Source: Methanobacteriota archaeon (lineage in GTDB: Archaea; Thermoplasmatota; Thermoplasmata; UBA10834). Taken from it: a stretch of 64,000 nt of DNA. The stretch's first letter is position 1, and the number at the start of each line of letters is the position of its first letter. Where the stretch lies: assembly GCA_020347565.1 (NCBI GenBank), contig CP070732.1, forward strand, positions 514,681-578,680, in the 5' to 3' direction. Shown in pieces: positions 57,684-64,000 of this stretch. A model generated the notes under the pieces. That model was not told the DNA's origin. It did not search any database and saw nothing but the letters and a program-made list of their open reading frames with translations. Position numbers and translations under genes: made by a program.

Positions 57684-58889
57684 ATGTCGGCCAAGGACTA
57701 CATCGAACTTGAACAGACGTATGGGGCGCACAACTATCACCCGCTGCCGGTGGTGATCTCCAAGGCGGAGGGAGTGTGGGTATGGGACGCCGATGGCAAG
57801 CGGTACATCGACATGCTGAGTTCCTACTCGGCGATCAACCAGGGGCACCTGCATCCGAGGATCGTCAGGGCGGCCGTCGACCAGTTGGACAGGGTTTCCC
57901 TGACATCGAGGGCGTTCTCGAACGACAGGATGGGGCCGTTCCTGAAGAAGCTGTGCGAGGTCAGCGGCATGGAGATGGCGCTTCCCATGAACACCGGCGC
58001 CGAGGCCGTAGAGACCGCGATCAAGCTCGCCAGACGGTGGGGTCATCAGAGGAAAGGTATCCCTGAGGATATGGGTGATATCATCGTGTGCGAGAACAAC
58101 TTCCACGGACGCACGAGCACAATAATCAGCTTCTCGTCGGACGCAGGCTCCAGAAGCGGCTTCGGCCCGTACACGCCGGGCTTCGTGACGATTCCTTACG
58201 ACGATGCCGCCGCCTTCGAGAGCTCGATAGGCGAGAACACTATGGCGATCCTCGTCGAGCCCATACAGGGCGAGGCTGGGATCAACGTGCCGTCGCCAGG
58301 CTACCTCAAGGAGCTGAGGCGCATATGCGATGAGAAGGACATTCTGCTGATACTGGACGAGATTCAGACGGGGTTTGCGCGCACGGGCAAGATGTTCGCT
58401 TTCGAGCATGAGGGGATAAAGCCGGACGTTCTGTGTGTCGGAAAGGCGCTCGGAGGCGGTCTGTATCCAGTATCGGCCGTTGTGTCGTCGCGCGAGCTGC
58501 TATCGGTCTTCACCCCTGGCTCCCATGGAAGCACCTTTGGCGGCAACCCTCTCGCTTCAGCGATAGCCAGCGCCGCCCTCGACGTGCTGTTGGACGAGAA
58601 CCTTGCGGAACGATCCGCGGAGATGGGAGCCTACTTCGTGACGAAGTTGAATGAGATCGACAGCCGGAAGATGAAGGAGATACGGGCAAAGGGCCTGCTC
58701 ATAGGGGTCGAGTTCCACCTTGGCGAAGGGGAGACGGTCAGGCCGGTATGCCAGAAGCTCATGGAGGAGGGGGTGCTCGCCAAGGACACCCACGAGAAGA
58801 CCGTACGGTTCGCCCCGCCTCTGACGATTACCAAGGAAGAGATCGACTGGGCGATGGAACGCATAGCGAGAGTGCTCAAAGGCAGCTGA
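57684..58889 (+). CDS. rocD: ornithine--oxo-acid aminotransferase
   Basis: GAHNYHPLPVV, YSAINQGH, EPIQGEAG, DEIQTG, GKALGGG and HGSTFGGNP. Confidence 0.94.
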   Translation: MSAKDYIELEQTYGAHNYHPLPVVISKAEGVWVWDADGKRYIDMLSSYSAINQGHLHPRIVRAAVDQLDRVSLTSRAFSNDRMGPFLKKLCEVSGMEMALPMNTGAEAVETAIKLARRWGHQRKGIPEDMGDIIVCENNFHGRTSTIISFSSDAGSRSGFGPYTPGFVTIPYDDAAAFESSIGENTMAILVEPIQGEAGINVPSPGYLKELRRICDEKDILLILDEIQTGFARTGKMFAFEHEGIKPDVLCVGKALGGGLYPVSAVVSSRELLSVFTPGSHGSTFGGNPLASAIASAALDVLLDENLAERSAEMGAYFVTKLNEIDSRKMKEIRAKGLLIGVEFHLGEGETVRPVCQKLMEEGVLAKDTHEKTVRFAPPLTITKEEIDWAMERIARVLKGS

Positions 58890-58964
58890 GCCCTGCTGTC
58901 GTCAACCGCACCCTCTCGGAACAATGCATTAGGCCTGCAACGCGATACACGATCGGAGATGTGA

Positions 58965-59384
58965 ATGCAGATAGCCAGGAAAGGCGACACGATATTCATC
59001 CGCCTAGACCACGGTGAGGATGTCCTCGAGTCGCTCTCCGAAGCGATCCGTGAGGAGCGCTCCACGCTGGTACTGACTGCCGGCTTGGGGATGATATCCG
59101 AGTTCGAGATAGGATACTTCGACAACGGCAACTATGTCAAGAAGTCGTTTGAGGAGGCGCACGAGCTGCTGTCGATGCAGGGCTCCGTGGCGACGGAAGG
59201 CGATCCGAGACTGCACATCCATGTCACAGTCGCAGACAGGTCTCACTCCGCCTTCGGAGGGCACCTTGTTCGAGGAAGGGTCTGGATGAGCAACGAGATA
59301 GCCGCGCTGAGGATCGAAGGACTCTCATCGTCCAGGCAGATGGACCCCGTGAAGAAGGTCGGGATCTTGCAGCTCAAGACATGA
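58965..59384 (+). CDS. PPC domain (DUF296) protein
   Basis: RLDHGED, ELLSMQG, LHIH and GGHL. Confidence 0.9.
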   Translation: MQIARKGDTIFIRLDHGEDVLESLSEAIREERSTLVLTAGLGMISEFEIGYFDNGNYVKKSFEEAHELLSMQGSVATEGDPRLHIHVTVADRSHSAFGGHLVRGRVWMSNEIAALRIEGLSSSRQMDPVKKVGILQLKT

Positions 59385-59403
59385 GGCCGAGCAGAGAGTG
59401 GGC

Positions 59404-59895
59404 TTATCGGTTGAGCGCGACGGCCAGCGACGCCACTCTGCTTCCAAGGTCGCGGCAGTACTCTGCCTCTTCATCGTTCGGCGCCTCGATTGCGGCCGCG
59501 CCGTAGTGCTTGTCGTCGTGTCTTCCCTGCACAACCATGCCGTGTATCAGCATGGCCTGCAGCATGGCCAGCAGCGCTGTCTCCGCGCCGCAAGCTGTAC
59601 CTCCCGAGCTCGTGAAGGCTCCGCCGACCTTCCCCTTCAGCTTGCCGTGTATGTTGAAGCTCTTGTCGATCAGCTCCTTCATCCTTCCAGACATGTTGCC
59701 GTAGTACGTCGGGGATCCCAGGATGACCGCATCCGCGCCTTCGAGGTCATCCAGCTTCGCCTTTTCTATGCCCACAACAGACGCATCGGCCCCGTCGACC
59801 TTTCGAACGCCCTCAGCCACACTTGCAGCCATTCTCTCCGTGTTGCCCGTCCTTGAGTCGTATACTATCAGCACTCTCACCATCTTCCTCACCAC
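59404..59895 (-). CDS. flavodoxin/WrbA-like NAD(P)H oxidoreductase
   Basis: YDSRTGNTERMA, GSPTYYG and GKVGGAFTSSG. Confidence 0.88.
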   Translation of the reverse strand: MVRKMVRVLIVYDSRTGNTERMAASVAEGVRKVDGADASVVGIEKAKLDDLEGADAVILGSPTYYGNMSGRMKELIDKSFNIHGKLKGKVGGAFTSSGGTACGAETALLAMLQAMLIHGMVVQGRHDDKHYGAAAIEAPNDEEAEYCRDLGSRVASLAVALNR

Positions 59896-59904
59896 CTCAC
59901 TCGA

Positions 59905-60264
59905 TCAGTACAGAATCTTCCCCGTCAGGACGACTCTGTCGTCCTTGGTGGGAACGCCCTCGCGTTCGACGTGCCTCCTGCGAGCGGCCGCAGCCCTCCT
60001 CTCGCCGCCGAAGCCGCCGTCGGATTTTACGACCCTGTGACACGGCACGATAGGGTACAGCGGGTTCTTGTGAAGTGCATTTGCCACGGCCCTCTGTGCC
60101 TTGGGTCTGCCTATGGCTCTTGCGACCCTGCTGTACGTGCTCACCCTTCCCTCAGGTATCTTGAACGTGGCGAGGTATACGTCCCTCTCGAACTTCGACC
60201 AACCCTTCAGATACTCCCTTAAGTCTTTCTCGGTCCTGACATCGGATTTCCTCAGCGCAGACAT
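59905..60264 (-). CDS. ogt: methylated-DNA--protein-cysteine methyltransferase (C-terminal domain only)
   Basis: IPEGRVSTY, RAVANAL and the active site PCHRVV. Confidence 0.88.
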   Translation of the reverse strand: MSALRKSDVRTEKDLREYLKGWSKFERDVYLATFKIPEGRVSTYSRVARAIGRPKAQRAVANALHKNPLYPIVPCHRVVKSDGGFGGERRAAAARRRHVEREGVPTKDDRVVLTGKILY

Positions 60265-60563
60265 CCCCCGTATCATTCGGTAGCTGAGACGTATGGGAAA
60301 CAGCATTAGATGCCTTTCGGTGGCTCGGCGAAAATGGTGCCCTCCTCGAAGAGGGGGCGCGAGCGCCGCCTCCATGAGCGGATGGCATGTCCGACGTGGG
60401 GTTATACATACTAGTTTGGCGTTCCACAACCGTCCGTGGTGCAGGTGTGAAGGCGCTATGGCCTCCTCTGGAGACGTGCTCGATAGGCTATGAGAGCGTA
60501 AATCGGGAAAGCCTGCTGGACGTCGCTTTGGTGATTGAGCGAAGACATACTTGAGGGACGTAG

Positions 60564-61544
60564 ATGTTCGTAGCACCTGAAGGTGAAAGCGCGGGATCCC
60601 AATCGTTCCACTTGTCGGCGAAGAACGTGACGGTGCGCTTTGGGGAAGTCACTGCCTTGGACCACTTCACGGCGAACGTGCCACGGGGTACGGTAGGTCT
60701 TCTTGGCCCCAACGGCGCTGGCAAGAGCACGTTCATCAAGGCATCTCTAGGGCTGCTGGAGCTCGACGATGGCTCCATCCGTGTGGGCAGTCTGGATTCA
60801 CGACACCAGAGCCTTGCGATTCGGGACGAGGTGGGTTACATGCCAGAGCACGACTGTCTTCTGCAGTCCATGAACGCGGTCGAGCTGGTGGCCTATCTAG
60901 CTCAGATCTCCGGGATGGGACGGCGCGACTCGATGCAGAGAAGTCATGAAGTCCTGGATTTCGTCGGAATCGACGAGGAGCGGTATCGATTGATTAAGTC
61001 ATACTCCACTGGCATGAAGCAGAAGGTCAAGCTGGCACAGGCGATAGTCCACGACCCGTCCCTCCTGTTCCTGGATGAACCGACGAGCGGGATGGACCCA
61101 CAGGGAAGGGAGGAGATGCTCGACCTCGTCAGGCGGATCGGCTCCTCAGAGAAGACAGTGATTGTCTCTTCTCACATATTGCAGGAGGTCGAGCGCGTGT
61201 GCGATTACGTCGTCATAATCAGCAGCGGCAAGCTCATACGTGCCGGAGAGACGCTGGCTCTTGTGGCTGGAGAGGAAGGGGTCCACAGCCTAACCATCCG
61301 GGGAGACAGCAAGGCGATTGCAGACTATGTAGGAGCCTTGGGAGAGCTCTGTGAAGTTCTGAGAAAAACGGGCGAGGGCGACCGCCAGACGACTCTGCTA
61401 CTTCGCGGTTGCGGAGATGGAAGAGCCATCTTTCGGCTGGCCGCGGAAGGCGGTGTCCAGGTGAGGAGCTACCGCCCGGAGACGCTTGACCTCGAAGAGG
61501 TCTTCCTGAGAGCGTTCAAGAGGGGTGAATCGAATGGGAATTAG
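60564..61544 (+). CDS. ABC transporter ATP-binding protein
   Basis: GPNGAGKST, YSTGMKQK, LDEP and SSH. Confidence 0.93.
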   Translation: MFVAPEGESAGSQSFHLSAKNVTVRFGEVTALDHFTANVPRGTVGLLGPNGAGKSTFIKASLGLLELDDGSIRVGSLDSRHQSLAIRDEVGYMPEHDCLLQSMNAVELVAYLAQISGMGRRDSMQRSHEVLDFVGIDEERYRLIKSYSTGMKQKVKLAQAIVHDPSLLFLDEPTSGMDPQGREEMLDLVRRIGSSEKTVIVSSHILQEVERVCDYVVIISSGKLIRAGETLALVAGEEGVHSLTIRGDSKAIADYVGALGELCEVLRKTGEGDRQTTLLLRGCGDGRAIFRLAAEGGVQVRSYRPETLDLEEVFLRAFKRGESNGN

Positions 61545-62355
61545 CCCTATCCAGTACCGGCCTTGGAAGGGCGAGAGGAGCGCTCAGAACCTCCGGATGT
61601 ACGTGATTCTGAGGAGCGTGTTCAGGCACGGCCTGAAATCGACCGGAGTGAAGATACTGCTCATCCTTGGATTCTTTCTGATATTCGCTTTTCAGCTGAT
61701 ATTTGTCGTGCTGATGCCGCACGAAAGGCTCGAGGCGGAGGACATGAACTCGAGCCTCAACGGATTCGGCCTCGCCATCTTCGCGATGCTGTTGGCGGCC
61801 GTCGTGACCTCCGACCTGATATCGGAGGATCTGTCGAGCAACTCGTTCGTACTATACTTCAGCCGGGCTGTGAAGGTAAGAGACTATGTCGTGGGCAAGA
61901 CTGGCGGAGCGCTCATCATCATGAGTATCCTCTGCATGGTTCCTCCCGTGCTCATCGCTGTCGTGGCAACGTTGACACAGAGCGGGGGAGACTACTTGCA
62001 CAGCGCGGGCATAATCGGCCGGACCGCCGTCGCCGGAGCCCTCGCGACGGTATTCTATATCCCATATGGCATCATGATGTCGGCGTTCACCAGGAAGAAG
62101 AGCTATGCGGCCGTCGGTACCTTCATGTCGTTCTTCGTCCTCGTCATCGTGGCCGAGGTCTTCTCCGAGTTCGCCCGAGAGTGGAGAATTATCAGCCCTG
62201 TGGAATCCCTGGTCTATTCGTTCGACTGGATCTACGGCGAATCGCTGCCGTCCTACATAAGCGAGGGCGCCCTGGTTTCGTTCCTGGTTCTCTTCATCCT
62301 GGTTCCTGCAGCGTTGACGTACCTGAGGATAATGAGACAGGCGGTGGGCAAATGA
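61534..62355 (+). CDS. ABC-2 type permease
   Basis: About 6 TM segments; ISED....FVLYFSRAV...YVVGK. Confidence 0.85.
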   Translation: MGISPIQYRPWKGERSAQNLRMYVILRSVFRHGLKSTGVKILLILGFFLIFAFQLIFVVLMPHERLEAEDMNSSLNGFGLAIFAMLLAAVVTSDLISEDLSSNSFVLYFSRAVKVRDYVVGKTGGALIIMSILCMVPPVLIAVVATLTQSGGDYLHSAGIIGRTAVAGALATVFYIPYGIMMSAFTRKKSYAAVGTFMSFFVLVIVAEVFSEFAREWRIISPVESLVYSFDWIYGESLPSYISEGALVSFLVLFILVPAALTYLRIMRQAVGK

Positions 62356-63305
62356 GCGGAGGACGCACCCCAGCAGTGGACGCCGTCATCGTCGCAGAGG
62401 CCCTCGGCAAATGGTACGGCGAGGTGATAGGCCTCAACAACTTCTCGCTCGACGTCAAGCACGGCGTGACCGGCGTTGTCGGGCCGAACGGGTCAGGGAA
62501 GAGCACGTTCTTCAAGCTGGTTTTAGGTTTGATAAAGCCAAATACCGGAGACATAACGGTCCTCGGCCAGAAACCCTGGTGCAACCCAGGGCTGCACTCC
62601 GAAATAGGCTTCTGTCCCGACTACGAGTCGCTGCCTTCGGACTCCACAGGCAGGGAGTTCCTGTCTCTCATCGGCCACCTCCATGCCATGGAAGGGGCTG
62701 CGCTCCGCAAGCGCATCGACGAAGCCGCGAAGCTGGTCGTAATGAGTCATGCGTTGGACAGGAAGACCGGAGGATACAGCAAAGGTATGAAGCAAAGGAT
62801 GAAGATCGCGGGCGCGCTCATCCACGATCCCCAGTTGCTCATACTGGACGAGCCCCTCAGCGGGACGGACCCCATAGTCCGCAAGGAACTCATAGACCTG
62901 ACGAGGTCGCTGTACAGGGATCACGGCCACGACGTCGTCGTCAGTTCTCATGTGCTCTTCGAAATCGAGAGGATGACCCACGACGTGGCACTGATGTACA
63001 AGGGACGAACGGTTGCCTCCGGTGACATCTCGGAGATAAGGGCGCTCATAGACAAGCACCCACACAACATCATCATCGAGGGCGAAGACATCTCGATACT
63101 TGCAAAGGCGCTCCTCGACCAGCCATACACGGTATCCGTCGCCTTCAACCACGAGAGGGATGGCATGACGGTTCAGGTTTCGAGGCCTGACGACTTCTTC
63201 AGCGAGCTGCCTGCAATTGTGGGCGAGACAGGCGGCAGCGTGACCAGCATGTACAGCTTGGACGACAACCTGGAAGCGATTTTCAAGTACCTCGTGGGGC
63301 GGTGA
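62352..63305 (+). CDS. ABC transporter ATP-binding protein
   Basis: GPNGSGKST, YSKGMKQR, LDEP and SSH; true start MSGGRTP. Confidence 0.93.
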   Translation: MSGGRTPAVDAVIVAEALGKWYGEVIGLNNFSLDVKHGVTGVVGPNGSGKSTFFKLVLGLIKPNTGDITVLGQKPWCNPGLHSEIGFCPDYESLPSDSTGREFLSLIGHLHAMEGAALRKRIDEAAKLVVMSHALDRKTGGYSKGMKQRMKIAGALIHDPQLLILDEPLSGTDPIVRKELIDLTRSLYRDHGHDVVVSSHVLFEIERMTHDVALMYKGRTVASGDISEIRALIDKHPHNIIIEGEDISILAKALLDQPYTVSVAFNHERDGMTVQVSRPDDFFSELPAIVGETGGSVTSMYSLDDNLEAIFKYLVGR

Positions 63306-63309
63306 GGAT

Positions 63310-64000
63310 ATGGACATCAAGAAGGCGGTCAATGGCATTTGGGCGCTGACGCTTCACTCCTTGAAAGGACTTCTGCTGAGCAGAAAGGTCGTTATAACGT
63401 TCCTCGTCACGCTGTTCGTGGTGGCCGTGATGGGCTACGCAGGCGCCCAGGACGTGGACGCCCTATACGCCGGCACGAACCTGATGGACGTGCTGATACT
63501 GTTCTTCTTCATGCCCGTGATGGCGATGATATTCGGATCGTCGCTGATTCGCGACGAGATTGACAACAAGAGCATAACGCATGTCGCCACATCGCCTCTC
63601 GACCGCGCGTTCGCATATGTGGGCTACTACCTACCATTGGCCCTGGCCGTCTCGGTGTCGATGATCTTGATAACCACCGCAGGCTTCCTTAGCTTCTTCG
63701 TGCAGCAAGGCGTAACGGCTGCCGCCGTTGAGGTGTATCTTGAGCTCACAGCCCTGGTGGTCATAGGGGCCTTCGCATACTCGTCTCTATTCCTGGCAGC
63801 GAGCGTCTGGTTCAAGAAGCCCGTGTTCTTCGGCCTGTTCTACGCTTTCATATGGGAGGGCTTCATAGGCTCGATACCGGGCCAGATTCAGAAGGCGTCC
63901 ATCAAGCACTATCTGAGGAGTATAGGCTCGGAATGGATTGACCACGGCGACATCAGCGAGTTCGACGCATCGAGTGCTGGCGGGTCGGCAGCTGTGATCG
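63310..64000 (+). CDS. ABC-2 type permease (3'-truncated)
   Basis: MDIKKAVNGIWALT...LIRDEIDNKSITHV; hydrophobic; runs off the window end. Confidence 0.85.
   Translation, partial: MDIKKAVNGIWALTLHSLKGLLLSRKVVITFLVTLFVVAVMGYAGAQDVDALYAGTNLMDVLILFFFMPVMAMIFGSSLIRDEIDNKSITHVATSPLDRAFAYVGYYLPLALAVSVSMILITTAGFLSFFVQQGVTAAAVEVYLELTALVVIGAFAYSSLFLAASVWFKKPVFFGLFYAFIWEGFIGSIPGQIQKASIKHYLRSIGSEWIDHGDISEFDASSAGGSAAVI

Noticed and set aside
60293-60493. 66-aa Cys-containing ORF in the ogt/ABC spacer
   Set aside because: It has atypical composition, no SD or family motif, and overlaps promoter-like sequence.
1-64000. CRISPR arrays, tRNA/rRNA, SRP or RNase P RNA, transposases, integrases and defence systems
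   Set aside because: I saw no repeat-spacer periodicity, T-loop or other RNA signatures, or mobility motifs by eye; tRNAscan-SE and Infernal would be needed to exclude them fully.

Overview
This is a gene-dense, GC-rich archaeal core-genome window, most likely from Thermoplasmata. The assignment rests on TFB, Gar1, EndA, TiaS, DP1, PAC2, an A-type ATP synthase and a DUF3198-like gene. It contains a probable chromosomal replication origin: converging ORB elements around an AT-rich tract between hflX and orc1/cdc6. Downstream are a signal peptidase, the full atpHIKECFABD operon and the PolD small subunit. Other blocks are a V4R/KaiC/DUF835 signalling cassette beside cyaB, a 1146-aa pilin fused to FG-GAP repeats, hsp20-cdc48, a bacterial-type GAPDH, purine and cofactor genes, ion antiporters, rocD and a four-gene ABC exporter cut by the window end. 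I saw no rRNA, tRNA, CRISPR array or transposase. The best candidates for novelty are (i) a membrane-tethered wHTH, a palindromic operator and a small secreted peptide with alternating aromatic residues, (ii) two small ORFs missed by the ORF track, (iii) a switch-like 5' leader on the CPA2 antiporter and other structured intergenic regions, and (iv) the giant pilin-adhesin. All family calls come from recognising motifs by eye; no searches were run.
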